Assembly (NCBI GenBank): GCA_964016885.1
Contig: OZ024742.1
Location: forward strand, 289,850,001-289,914,000
DNA length: 64,000 nucleotides
Reading direction: 5' to 3'
DNA from: Eledone cirrhosa
Taxonomy: Eukaryota
Shown: piece by piece, positions 13,221 to 25,479 of the stretch
Numbering within the stretch: the first letter of the stretch is position 1
How the letters are laid out: each line of letters opens with the position of its first letter
Program-made: the position numbers and the translations under genes
Notes under the pieces: model-generated
The model's database searches: none
What the model was told of the DNA's origin: nothing
What the model saw: only the letters and a program-made list of their open reading frames with translations

Positions 13221-13223
<3 letters not shown>

Positions 13224-13647
13224 AAGGGTAACACACTAGAGAGAGAGAGAGAGAGCGTGTGCCATCAATATATTTTCTTAGAGTTGTCTGGAATGTATTT
13301 GCCTTACACACGCTAATGACCCATAGGCGCTTCCATTTCAGTCAATAATTTCTTGGCGAAACAGATCTCTTTGGATTTGTATGTGTGTGTTATATAGTTA
13401 TAGAGGTGCGTATGCGCATTTTAATTTATATTTTTAATTATTGTGTGTCTACCCTGCCTTCCATAGGTTATAGATTCCATACATTGGTGGTTTCCCTGTT
13501 TTATTGATGGGACATGCTCTCTCTCTCTCTCTAGTGTGTTACCCTTTCTACATATTGTATTTTAAAGAGTTCAGGTTTCCTTTTCCTTTGAGCACATAAT
13601 TTACAGGGAATAACGTAACGAGTGTCTATGGCTCCGTTAATTTATCT

Positions 13648-13652
<5 letters not shown>
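13221..13652 (+). mobile_element. Fold-back Penelope-like terminal remnant related to 7360-7812
   Basis: Inverted arms 13221-13271 / 13501-13549; CTAATGA 13313 ... GCGAAAC 13356-13362. Confidence 0.6.
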
Positions 13653-13701
<49 letters not shown>

Positions 13702-13842
13702 ATACTTTGGGAGGGTCATGTTGCCAATAAGAAACACACGCACCAGTTGCTTTCACTTCAATTTATTATAATAAATTTATAAATTTAGGAATTTATAAAT
13801 TTCCGGTTGGTTGGTTCCACAACCAGATGATTGTTTATATAT

Positions 13843-13887
13843 TGTCAAAGTTCTTTCGTCACACATTCTGTGACCTCTTCAGTGACT
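13843..13887 (-). ncRNA. Minimal type I hammerhead ribozyme
   Basis: AGTCA-CTGAAGA-g-GTCACA/TGTGAC-GAAA-GAAC-TT-TGACA. Confidence 0.85.
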
Positions 13888-14114
13888 GGGATTCTTTTCT
13901 TTGTTTTGGTTTTTTTTGTTTTTTTTTTGTTTTTTTGTGCCTCTCCTTTGTTCTGTCCTACGCCATCTTGTTTTTGTGTGTCTGTTGTGTGCTTAGTTTG
14001 CGCATGTGTTACATCCGGGTGTCTGTGTGTGTTTATATTCGTTTATTTATTTGTTTATTTTCATGTTACTGGTTGGTTGTTTGTTCTATGTGCATGTGTG
14101 TTTTCGTTTTGTCC

Positions 14115-15050
14115 TTAATTGTAAGTTGTGATGTTGCTGTTCCACTCATGTTTTCTATTTAATTTTGGTTGCAATTCATTTATGTTTATTGCCTCTGTGA
14201 TTTGTCTAAACATTGCGTCTTTTCTGTGTGTAGATTCTATTTTTATTTCTATGTTCTCTAATTTACCCTTATGTTCTATTTTAGCATGTTGGTAGAGTAC
14301 AGATGATTCTTTACTATCTTGAAGGTCTCGCCAATGTTCATTTATCTGTTTCCCTATACTACGAGCTGTCTCACCTATGTACACTCTATTTTTATCTCTA
14401 CATTCTCCTTCAGTACATCTTATGCTATATACTACATTTCTAGTTTTACAGTTAATATGGGGGCTTAATTTACAGATTATACATTTCTTATCTATACAGG
14501 GAGGTCTTTGAAAAGGGTATGTCTTGCTAATAAGTGGTTTTATGGAGGTACCTGGTCTTTCTACTATCTTAATATTGATTTTATGTTTATCTAGGGCCCT
14601 TGTAAATTTGTAAGCTAATTCACCTCTAGGGGTTGTATCGATGAACATTACACTCTGGTATTTATTGCTATCATACCATGAGTTTATTCTATTAGCCTTA
14701 TTCCTAGTTCTTTCTATTCTATTCCAAAATTTGCTCCTATACAAGAGGCAGGTCCCATTTGTGTCATTATTTACCATTTTTTCCCATTTGGTTCTGGCTC
14801 CTCTATACACTTTGATTTTATCTCTCTGATTGTAACCAGAGAACTGCATACGGTGGATGAAGTGTTGTATGTGTCTCTCTAGTTCTTCGGGGTTGCACAT
14901 GCGGGACACGTTTCTCATCACCCGTACCAAATCGGCAATCAGTATGTTGATTTTGGTATGGTCCGAAACAGCTGAGTTTCGGTGGATCAGATATTTGGAA
15001 GTCATGGGTTTGGAATAATGGGAATGGAGGATTTGTTTTTTGTTATTAAT
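14115..15050 (-). pseudogene. Penelope-like RT C-terminus and GIY-YIG endonuclease
   Basis: HYSKPM, CxxxxCxxC, NVVYSIRC...YIGETARS...EH, RQITEAINI, LNRKHEW. Confidence 0.9.
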
Positions 15051-15054
15051 GGTA

Positions 15055-15552
15055 TCTAGAATTAATAATAGAAATTTAAAACCTAACCAGAATACCACTA
15101 ATAACCCAAGCAATATGCAATTTGATAAATGTAACTGTAGAAATAAATCTAACTGTCCGTTAAATAATAATTGCTTAGCTTAAAATATAGTATATAATTG
15201 TAATGTAAAAACTAATTTAAATTCATTTAATTATGTGGGATCCACTTCCACAGAGTTTAAATCTCGTTTCAATAATCATAAAAATTCTTTTACAAATCCA
15301 AACAAAAAATCTTCAACTTCTCTATCTAGCTTATTATGGGACCTTAAATTAAAGAACGTTAAATATTCGTTGCTTTGGAATATTATTTCAAAAGCTACTC
15401 CTTTTAACTCCTCTTCTGAAAATTGTGATCTTTGTATAGAGGAAATATTCTTTATATTAAAGACCGAAAATTCCCTGAAACTAAGGAACAATTTATTCAG
15501 TTGCTGCAGACATAGATTAAACTCAACGTTTAAATATAAATTTAAAATGTAA
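15055..15552 (+). pseudogene. GIY-YIG endonuclease of a second, different Penelope-like element (one TAA at 15181)
   Basis: CNCRNKSNCPLNNNC, NIVY...YVGST, RFNNH, CDLCIEE, terminal CCRH. Confidence 0.85.
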
Positions 15553-17280
15553 TATATAATTAATTAATTAATTCTATTAATATATTGAACCTATCGATAA
15601 ATCATAAGATTCCTTCATTTTGACTGCTTAAACTCTCAAGTAAAAAACTTTTCTTCCTAAATATAAATAAATATAAAAAAAAATCTTCTAGAGAAACATA
15701 CTGAAAGCTCTTAAAGGGGGAAAATATTATTTGATAGTTTCTCCTATTTTTTAAAGTTTCTCTTTTGAAAGTTTCTCTTTCTTTCTCTTATGGGTATAAA
15801 GTTAAATATACGAAGAAAATTTTTATACTAAATCTATTATACATATTATTATTTTAAAATTATAACTTGAAATATTCTGTAATATTATTAAAATTATATT
15901 AATTTAAAGTTATATTGCTTATAATTATATTTCCGAATCGTAATATAATTCTTTTTTTATTTTATTTTATTTTGTTTTATTTTATTATTTTATTTTATTT
16001 TATTTTATTTTATTTTATTTTATTTCATTTCATTTTTTTTTTTCATTTTTTCATTTTATTATTATTTTTTTCATTTTATTTATTTATTTATTTATTATTA
16101 TTATTATTTTTTTCATTTTATTTTATTTTATTTTATTTTATTTTATTTTATTTATTTATTTTTTTTTTTTTATATATATTATGTACTTCAATTATACTAT
16201 GTACTGTAATTTATATATATCTCTATATATATGTGTGTATATATATGCATATATATATTTATATGCTAGTATATATATTTGTGTGCATGTATGTATGTAT
16301 ATATATCTATATGTGATGCATATCTACCTATATGTTAGGTACGTCTATGTGTATATATGTGAGAATTGTGTATATATATATGTATATGAATACAATTCGA
16401 TTGCACTCGTCTGTACATAAGAGGTAGATCTATTAGATATAAAACTTATATTAAAAAAATTTGTATAATAACACAAAGTGTGTATAACATAAAATTTCCT
16501 TTAATATATTTAACAATTGTAACATTTATATAACTAAATAACGTAATTTCCTTCACGCTGATTTGATATTACATAGAAATGATTTTCTCAGTTTTTTCTA
16601 AGATTTTCTCTGAAAAATCTATAAGTTCATGAATATTCGTATATCTAAAATTAAAAAATCCTTTATACTTTGTATGTATATATTATGGACGTAGATGTAT
16701 ATGTATATGTATGTGTATATATATTTATATGTATATATATCTGTGTGTGCGTGTGTATATATATGAATATATTCTTTTAGTAATATATAGATTTTTTAAT
16801 AATATATAATCTTAATAATAATATATAGATTTCTTAATATATAGATCTCAATAATTTAAATGATAAACTAAACATTTAATCATATTTAAACAATGGTTAA
16901 AATTCTCATATTATGTATGTATTTTCCATTCAAGCTTATTTACATTTCTATATTCATCCATAAAAAAATAAATATTTCTTCTTTCACTTCATCTCAAATG
17001 TTACTCAACCTATCACTTAGAGTTTTCGCTTTCTCCTCTCTCTCTCTTTCTCTCTTTTTTCTTTTTTTTTTCTTTTTTTTCTCTCTTTTTTCTCTCTCTT
17101 GTTCTTCTCTCTCTCTCTCTTTCTCCGTAACCCAACGGCTTATTTTAAAATATCCAATACAAATTTACAAAATAGTATTAATAAAGTTATAACCCCACTA
17201 TCCGGGAGCTTCCAACAGTAATGGTTGCATTATTTAAGGGTATGTCAATATTTATTTATAAAACTGCTCTATATTATATT

Positions 17281-17335
17281 TTATCTGATGAAAGCACACC
17301 ATAATTTAACTTGGTGTCCTTGAAATATGTATAAT
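17281..17335 (+). ncRNA. Hammerhead-like motif, probably the 3' end of Penelope-like element 2
   Basis: CTGATGA-AAG.ACACCA/TGGTGT.CTT-GAAA-TATG-TA; homolog at 33482-33533 on minus strand; helix I weak. Confidence 0.65.
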
Positions 17336-17380
17336 GAAATAAATATGGTTTTATAAATATAGTTTCCATTTGTTAATATC

Positions 17381-17429
<49 letters not shown>

Positions 17430-17434
<5 letters not shown>

Positions 17435-17722
17435 ATACTTTGGGAGGGTCATGTTGCCAATAAGAAACACACGCACCAGTTGCTTTCACTTCAATTTATT
17501 ATATATTTATAAATTTACAAATTTATAAATTTATAAATTTCTGGTTGGTTGGTTGGTTCCACAACCAGGTAGTTGTTTATATATAGTCATAGTCCTTTCG
17601 TCACACACTCTGTGACCTCTTCAGTGACTGGGGATTCCTTTCTTTGTTTCTGTGCCTCTCCTGTGTTCTGTCCTACGCCATTTTGTTTCTCATTGCAACA
17701 TGACCCTCCCAAAGTATAACAA
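17430..17722 (-). mobile_element. Short fold-back derivative of Penelope-like element 1
   Basis: Matches 13697-13975; about 38 bp inverted termini TTGTTATACTTTGGGAGGGTCATGTTGC. Confidence 0.85.
17585..17629 (-). ncRNA. Minimal type I hammerhead ribozyme
   Basis: AGTCA-CTGAAGA-g-GTCACA/TGTGAC-GAAA-GGAC-TA-TGACT; helix I AGTCA/TGACT fully paired. Confidence 0.88.
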
Positions 17723-17848
17723 TATCGGTTTCAACACACGATTTCAGATAAAGAATCTTGCTAAACAAATTCAGAAACGATATATATATATATATATATA
17801 TGTATATATGTGTATATATATATATATATGTGTATATATATATATATA

Positions 17849-18165
17849 GTCACACCACCCCTTTCAATGTAAAGTTACGTTGGTGCCACACCATCCAGGC
17901 CGAAACAAATGAGATCGTGTAGGTGTCACGACAAAAAAACACACAGTCCACGCTGTAATGTGGCCGTGTAGGCAACACGGTAAAAACCTCCCAGTCCCAC
18001 ACTGTAAATGTGGTTGGTGTTAGGAAGGGCATCCAGCTGTAGAAAACCCGCCAGACAGTCCTATGCGTGCAAGACAACCAATTTTGCCTCAAGTGGGAAA
18101 ATTCCCCTCCAAACCCATGCAAGCGTGGAACATGGACGTTAAACGATGATGATGATGATGATGAT
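17849..18165 (+). mobile_element. RTE family A 3' UTR fragment
   Basis: Near-identical to 8850-9135; (GAT)n tail. Confidence 0.9.
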
Positions 18166-18388
18166 CATATATATATATATATAAGTATGTACACGCACAT
18201 ACATATATGTATACAGACGTACAGTAGTATGTATATATATATATACATACATGCACACATATATATATGTACATATGGATTCACCGAACATTTATTATAA
18301 TGCTCGGTGTGTTTGTAAACAAACATCCCGTATTAAGCCGTAGTGTCCAGCAACCATCGTTGCTCATTTGTTCAACACTGACAAAGGA

Positions 18389-18431
18389 ACGCTGTACTAG
18401 TTTCAAGCTTATTAGCTATCATCAGCAACGT
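18389..18431 (-). ncRNA. Minimal type I hammerhead ribozyme
   Basis: ACGTTG-CTGATGA-t-AGCT/AGCT-t-GAAA-CTAG-TA-CAGCGT. Confidence 0.88.
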
Positions 18432-18579
18432 AGACCTTCCTGCCAGATTGTTTCATTTTTTCCGTTTATCGTTTTCAGTGCACCCGGCTGATTAACCCAC
18501 TCGATATGCAAATTGGGCTTCTCAGCTGTTAATATGCATCAGGTAAGTATATACGTTCAACAACCTGGCAGGAAGGTAT

Positions 18580-18622
18580 ACGTTGCTGACGATAGCTAAT
18601 AAGCTTGAAACTAGTACAGCGT
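18580..18622 (+). ncRNA. Minimal type I hammerhead ribozyme
   Basis: ACGTTG-CTGACGA-t-AGCT/AGCT-t-GAAA-CTAG-TA-CAGCGT. Confidence 0.88.
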
Positions 18623-18919
18623 TCCTTTGTCAGTGTTGAACAAACGAGCAACGATGGTTGCTGGACACTACGGCTTAATACGGGATGTTTGTTTACAAAC
18701 ACACCGAGCATTATAAGAAATGTTCGGTGAATCCATACGTACATATATATATGTGTGCATGTATGTATATATATATACATACTACTGTACGTCTGTATAC
18801 ATATATGTATATATGTATGTGCGTGTACATACTTATATTTAAGTAACAGCCGTACTAAGAGTAGGAAATGAAATTTCGTTTCATTTTTTCCGTTTATATA
18901 TATATATATATATTAATTT

Positions 18920-19030
18920 AAATAACAGATTAAAGTTTAAGCAAAGTATCGCTACCCTTAATGGGATCTTCAGAAGATCCCGTTAAGGGTGAAAGCAGTG
19001 ATTCTTTGCTTAAACTTTAATCTGTTATTT
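18920..19030. repeat. Long hairpin centred in a C(T/A)GAAGA hammerhead-like core
   Basis: AATAACAGATTAAAGTTTAAGCAAAG arms; axis at 18972. Confidence 0.8.
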
Positions 19031-19140
19031 TAATAAATATTTTCTCTACGGTTCTTATATATTTGATATATATTTATCCTTATCGAGCCCTCTTTGGATT
19101 TTAGTCTTCAAATTTATTATTATTACTATATATATATATA

Positions 19141-20688
19141 TAATGGAAAAATTTGAACAGGAACAAAACAGAGAGGCAGTACAACGAATGTTTATTAATT
19201 TCACGCTCTGGAGAGTGGGGTGGTGGTGGGGAATGGCGTTTCGGGCATAAGCCCTTCCTCAGGTGAGAAGTGTGTGGGAACAGAGTTTAAAGGGTGTGTA
19301 GGGGAGTGGTGGAGAGACATATAGCGAAAGGAAACGGTGCGAATGAAATTAAAAATAAAAATAAAAATAAAGCATGATCAAAATAAAAGGAATGAAATAA
19401 AAATAAATATAAAAGCATGATCAAAATAAACTGAAATTAAAAAGGAGTAAAACAGGTGGTGGAAGGGTGTGGGGTGTGTAGGGGTGGTGGCGGGTGGAGT
19501 GGGGAGAGGGAGACGGGGTGTCCGATCGGGGAGGGCTGAAGGTGGTGTGTGTGTGTAGGTGTACGTGTGTGTGTGTGTGTATGTGAAAGTAAGGGTTGGG
19601 GGAAGAACGGGGTTGCATGTTCAGGAAGAGGTGTGTGAGTGTGGGGGGGGGTTGTAGGTCGGAGTGTCTGTGCGTGTGTGGATAGAGGGGTGGGGGGAGA
19701 GGAATCAGGAGGTTGAGGGTGTAAATATGTGGTGGAAAGCACGTGTGTGTGGGGGTTTAAGCGTGTTGTGGGTGTAGGTGGCGTGTGGGAGAAGAAAAAT
19801 GTTTTGGGGTGTGTGTGTGGGTGAGTTATATAGGTGATTCCGTAAGAGGATGGTTGAAATGTTGGTAAATTCCTATGATGTTAGTAGATTCCGTGGTGGT
19901 CAAGTTCCACATACGAGTATTCCATGAAGAGATGGTCGGAAGAGGAGAGATGTGGGGTGCGCGCGCAACAGGAAGTGGTCAAGCGGTGGGAGTGCTGTGT
20001 GTCTGTTTGTGCTGGGAGGTGGTCAGAGGGCATAGCAGCAGTAGGGTGGAATGGTAAAAGGGCGAGAATGGGTAGGTGTGAAAGTTGGAATGAGGAGGGT
20101 GTGTGTGTGTATTAGTAGAGGTGTTAGTGGGATGAGTGAGTGTGGAGCGAGGGTGTGGGTGGAGCGAGGAGAGAAGGGTGTGTGTAGTTCTATGGAGGGA
20201 GTGTGGTGTACTGGTGTGTGTGTAGTTTGATGAAGGGGGTGTTAGTGGGTGTTAGTATACGGGAGGTGGGGAAAGGGTTGAATGCAGGTGTGATTGGGGG
20301 TTAGTGGTGGTAGGGTGTGTAGAGTTGGTGGTGTACGAGGGTGTGTGGGTACGTGTGCGTGGGGTTGGGGGGTGTTAGTGATGTTAGTTGCGGGGTGGTG
20401 GGATGGAGGTGTGAGGGTGAGGGTTAGTGGTGGTATTAGGGTGTGTGTTTAGTGTGAGCGCGTGTATATATGTACCGGCGGGTGTGTGCGTGTGATAAGG
20501 AGGGGGGAGGAGAAGAAGGGAGAGATGTTAGTATGTTAGTTGGGGAAGGGTGGTCGGATGAGGGGTGGAGTGGAGGTGTTAGTATTGTTAGTTGTGGGGT
20601 GGGCGGTGAAAAGGAGGGGGGTGTTAGTGGGGGGTATGTGTTTGGGGGGAAGGGGGGGGGGGCTAAAGGAATAAGGGTGGGGAGTTCA

Positions 20689-20690
<2 letters not shown>
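19141..20690 (-). mobile_element. Non-coding GT-rich insertion with hammerhead core near its left end, probable Penelope-like derivative
   Basis: Minus strand CTGAGGA-a-GGGC ttat GCCC-GAAAC at 19238-19262; bounded by (TA)n on both sides. Confidence 0.5.
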
Positions 20691-20754
<64 letters not shown>

Positions 20755-20755
<1 letters not shown>

Positions 20756-21085
20756 GGAGGCACATGATTTAGTGGTTAGAGCATTGGACTTGCAATCAAA
20801 AGGTTGTGAGTTCAATTCTCAGACCGGGTGATGTGTTGTTTCCTTGAGCAAGACGCTTTATTTCACATTGCTCCAGTTTACTCAGCTGTAGAAATGAGAT
20901 GATAGGGACTGGGGTCCCTATCATTCCACTGCAAAGTGGTCGTGGAGGTGCCACGGTAAAAAAGCACCCAGCACTCACTGTAAATGAGGTTGGTGTTAGG
21001 AAGGGCATCCAGCTGTAGAAATCAAGCCAGAATCAGTTCCCGTCCCACCCTTGCAAGACATAAAATGAAATGATGATGATGATAT
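20755..21085 (+). mobile_element. tRNA-head CORE-type SINE with RTE-like tail
   Basis: A-box TAGTGGTTAGAGC, B-box GAGTTCAATTC, CCTTGAGCAAGAC core, GGAAGGGCATCCAGCTGTAGAAA tail, (GAT)n. Confidence 0.9.
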
Positions 21086-21087
21086 AG

Positions 21088-21422
21088 ATATCATCATCAT
21101 TTTACGTCTGCTTTTCCCTGCTTGCAAGGGTGGGGCGGGAACTGATTCTGGCTTGATTTCTACAGCTTGATGCCCTTCCTAACACCAACCTCATTTACAG
21201 TGAGTGCTGGGTGCTTTTTGCCGTGGTACCTCCAGAACCACTTTGCAGTGGAATGATAGGGACCCCAGTCCCTAACATCTCATTTCTACAGCTGAGTAAA
21301 CTGGAGCAATGTGAAATAAAGTGTCTTGCTCAAGGAAACAACACATCACCCGGTCTGAGAATTGAACTCACAACCTTTCGATTGCAAGGCCAATGCTCTA
21401 GCCACTAAGCCATGTGCCTCCA
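21088..21422 (-). mobile_element. Same SINE family, tail-to-tail with previous copy
   Basis: Reverse complement of 20755-21085. Confidence 0.9.
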
Positions 21423-21712
21423 TATTAGAAAGTGAGGTTTTTTTTACAAAATGAAAAATAACCGAGGTGTCCTAAACGAGTGAAAGTATAAAGAAAAAAA
21501 GATGAAATCGATAATGCAACTGGAGTCTTTGAGACTTTGGTGGCATTTTCGGTCTTCGTGTGGTGGGTATGTATTAGAAAGTGAGTTTTTTTTTACAAAA
21601 TGAAAAATAACCGAGGTTTCCTACACGAATGAAAGTATAAAGAAAAAAAGATGAAATCAAAAATGCAACTGGAGTCTTTGAGACTTTGGCGGCATTTTCG
21701 GTGGTATTTTCA
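21423..21712. repeat. Tandem duplication of about 150 bp unit
   Basis: TATTAGAAAGTGAG...GGCATTTTCGGT at 21423 and 21573. Confidence 0.9.
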
Positions 21713-21721
21713 GTATATATA

Positions 21722-24700
21722 TCATCATCATCATCATCGTTTAATGTCCATCTTCCACGCTAGCAGGGGTTTGGACAGGAATTTTCCCACTTGAGGCAAG
21801 ATTGGTTGTCTTGCTCGTATAGGACTGTCTGGCGGGTTTTCTACGGCTGGATGCCCTTCCTAACACCAACCACATTTACAGTGTGGACTGGGAGGTTTTT
21901 ACCGTGTTACCTACATGGCCACATTACAGCGTGAACTGTGTGTTTTTTTGTCGTGACACCTACACGCCCTCATTTGTTTCGGACTGGATGCTGTGGTACC
22001 AACATAACTTTACATTGGAAGGGGTGGTGTGGATGGGGTGGGGGTAGTGGGGCCGGGGTGTATTTTGTTAGAGGTGCCTACTGACTGTAAGTTTCGCTTT
22101 GTATTTAGGCAAGCCGGGTCTTCTGTATTACTGTGTATCGCCAAAGATCTCGGTCCAGTGACATTGTCTTGGAGAGGTGTAAGTGTGTAAGGTCAGAATT
22201 TAGCAAGTAGTCCCAGGTTTTTCTGGGTCTGTCTACTCCGTGGCTACCGTCTATTTTTATTGCCCTGCACTTTTTTATACAGCTGTCGTCTTTCATACGC
22301 ATCACGTGACCATACCAACGTAGTCTTCTCTCGAGTAAAGAGCATCTGATCCCTCTTATTCCTAACTTTTCCCTAAGTTCGTTTATGCTTTGCCATTCAC
22401 GTATATTACTATTACACATCCAACGGAGCATGCAAGCTTCGTTCCTCTCCAGTCTGCGTATATCCTCTGCACACAATGCCCAGGTCTCACTGCCATGCAA
22501 CATTGCTGTTCGTATGCAGGCGTCATACAGCCTGCCTTTCATTTTTAGTGAGAACCCTTTAGCGGCCAATAGTGGTATAAGCTCTCTGAACTTTTTCCAT
22601 CCCGTTCTGACTCTAGCTACTGTACTTTCGGAGCACCCTCCACCACTGCTGATTTTGTCACCCAGGTAACAGAAGGTGTCCACTATTTCTATAGAACCAT
22701 CTGTGCAATGGAATGAGCTAGTATTCTGTGGGCACTTGCTGCTACTTATTGCACCAAAGCACCGGCCACATATAAAATCTATATTCTTAGTTAGCTTACC
22801 TGTGATCCCACTACATCTTTTATGCACCCATACTTTGCATTTGGGACATAAAATGGAGTTTCTGCCTACTCCTTTCCTACACACTGAGCATGGCCATTTC
22901 CCAGAGGGGACTGGCGCCCTATTTTCCTTCCTACAAACTAGAACTTTAGTCTTAGCCAGGTTAATTTTAAGGCCTTTTGATTCTAGGCCATGCTTCCATA
23001 TTTGGAATTTCTTCTCTAGTTCGGCCATTGATTCAGCTATGAGCGTTAGATCATCTGCATATAGGATTTCCCATGGGCAGCCAGTCTTGAACTCCTCTGT
23101 TAAAGCCTGAAGGGCAATAATAAATAGGAGGGGGCTAAGGATGGAGCCCTGATGAACACCAACCTTTACGCTAAACTCTTCACTATATTCGTTGTTAATT
23201 CTAACCTTGCTGACTGTTTCTTTATACATGGCTTGTATAGCTCTCACAAGCCATTCATCAACACCTAGTTTTCTTCGAGCCCACCAGATAATGGAGCGGG
23301 GGACTCTGTCAAAGGCTTTCTCCAAGTCAACAAAAGCTAAGTATAGGGGTTTACTTTTAGCTAGGTACTTCTCCTGTAGTTGTCGTACAATGAAAAGAAC
23401 GTCTGTGGTACTTTTACCTGACACAAACCCGAACTGCATTTCATCTAGATCAATTCGCTCTCTGATTAGTTGCGCTATTACTTTTTCTGTGACCTTCATT
23501 TAATACCTCTATAGTTACCTCTATCTAGGGCATCTCTTTTACCCTTGTAGCAGTTAATGATGATGCTGCTACACCAGTCCTTCGGAATGACCCCATTCTG
23601 TATGACTTGGTTTACTATCCAGGTGACCATAGTGTGTCCCACCGTTCCAGATGCTTTCAGCATTTCAGCAACTATTTCCTAAGGCCCAGCTGCCTTACCC
23701 ATCTTCATATCTTTGATTGCCTTACCTATTATACTACCTTCAACTAGCACTGCTGGTCCCTCTATTGGATCGATGTGGGGGAGACTGTCTTTCTCACATT
23801 TATTTTCCTCATTTAGTAGCCTTTCGTAGTGACACTTCCAAGCTACCTTCTTATCAGCGACAGTGATGGCAAGTACACCATCATCATTAAGGACACACTT
23901 CTCCCCGACAATATCACTGTTTTCCTTGACACATTGCCTAGCAATCCTGAACACCTCACGTTTTTGGTCCTTGCGTTGTAGAACATACTTGAACTTTCTT
24001 TCCTCTGCTTCCCTTCTTGCGAAGTACACTTGTCTCCTAACTTCCCTCCTGGCCACTTGATAGTCTTCCCTACCTCCCCCATCCTGCCATACTTCCCAAG
24101 CCTGCTTTTTTACCTTAATTGACTCCTCCACCTTACTGTTCCACCACCACGTTACTCTCCTCCTGCCTATAGGCCTGCTCCAGCCACAGACATCATCTGC
24201 CGCCTTCAGCAGGTTAGCTTTCAGGAATTCCCACTGTTCCTCTATATTGTACGTCTCTAATTGTTCTTCCTTACTGTCAAAAGCATCAAGTAATATGCTT
24301 TTAAATGTGTTGCTGGCTGTGGGGTCCTTTAGCTTCCATATTTTTCTCCTGAGGATAGTCCTCCTCTGTTGTCGAGTACATCTTGTCCTGACTACAAGAT
24401 CGGTGACTATGAGTCTATGTTGGGAGCTGCATTCTTCATGGGGGAGGGATTTAGTGTTTACGATAGACACTCTATCACGTCTTCTGGTAAGGATATAATC
24501 TACCTGGCTTGTGTGTTCCCCGGATCTATAGGTAATCAAGTGATTGTCTCGTTTTTTGAAGTTAGTGTTACAGATAGTTAGGTTATTTGCGTCACAGAAT
24601 TCCAGGATTCTGGCGCCTTCCTCATTTCTAGTACCAAACCCATAGCCTCCAAGGATTCCGTCATAGCCATCACAATGTTGTCCAACGTGACCATTTAGGT

Positions 24701-25085
24701 CGCCAGCAATAATTATCTAGTCACTGTCGGTTATTTGAGAGGTTGTGAGCATCAATGTCTCATAGAATCTGTCTTTTATAATGCCAGGCAGTCCGGATTG
24801 GGGTGCATACGCAGATATTACTGTCACAGTAGTTCTATTGAGGACAAGTCTTATTTTAATTATTCTGTCGTTCACTCTATTTACGTCTATTATCTTATCT
24901 ACCCATTTTTCTGCTAACATGATTCCTACCCCACCCAGCCCATTGTCATTTCCCACCCAGAAAAGCTTATAGCATCGTTTTTTACTCACAATGAATCTAG
25001 CAGACCCACCCCTCCACCTGGTGTCTTGGATACAGCAAACATCAACCTCCTTGCGTTCAAGCATTTCTACAACCTCGTTAGAGCG
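21722..25085 (-). mobile_element. Near full-length RTE family A LINE (AP endonuclease plus RT), disrupted
   Basis: VDVCCIQDTRW, ISAYAPQ, GDLNGHVG, SQVDYIL, DLEKAFD, YADD; stops at about 24717 and 23679 and a deletion near 23500. Confidence 0.95.
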
Positions 25086-25104
25086 ATATATATATATATA
25101 TAGT

Positions 25105-25435
25105 GAAGGCATGTGGTTTTGTGGTTAGGGTATTTGGCTCAAGGTCGTAAGGTTGTGAGTTTGATTCCCGGTAGCACGCTGTCTTCTTGTGCAAGACACT
25201 TTATTTCACGTCGCTCCAGTCCATTGTGTCCTTGTGCAAGACACTTTATTTCACGTTGCTCCAGTCCACTCAACAAATATGAGTTGTACCTGTAATTTGA
25301 AGAGCCAACCTTGTCACATTCTGCATCATGTTTGTGGAATGCTTAGCCACTTCCATGTAAACTTCACGAACAGGCTGTTCCATTGAACATATCAATTGGA
25401 TCACTCGTCGTCATAACCGACGGAGTGTTGCTACT
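25105..25435 (+). mobile_element. tRNA-head CORE-type SINE with internally duplicated core and a different tail
   Basis: GTGAGTTTGATTCCCGG B-box; GCAAGACACTTTATTTCACG twice. Confidence 0.75.
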
Positions 25436-25479
25436 ATATGTATATAACTATTAGGGCCTGTTACTACAATGGCACCATG

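Larger units (their letters stand above)
13697..15050 (-). mobile_element. 5'-truncated Penelope-like element 1 with hammerhead in its 3' terminal region
   Basis: RT C-terminus plus GIY-YIG ORF followed by 3' region shared with 17430-17722. Confidence 0.9.
18180..18897. mobile_element. Fold-back element with about 270 bp inverted arms, each carrying a hammerhead
   Basis: 18180-18447 is the reverse complement of 18565-18837; related remnant at 37502-37700. Confidence 0.88.

Noticed and set aside
15181-15183. In-frame stop in GIY-YIG as possible selenocysteine recoding
   Set aside because: Codon is TAA, not TGA, and not at a Cys position
20755-20832. tRNA-like sequence
   Set aside because: SINE head with degenerate cloverleaf, continuing into CORE and tail; not a tRNA gene
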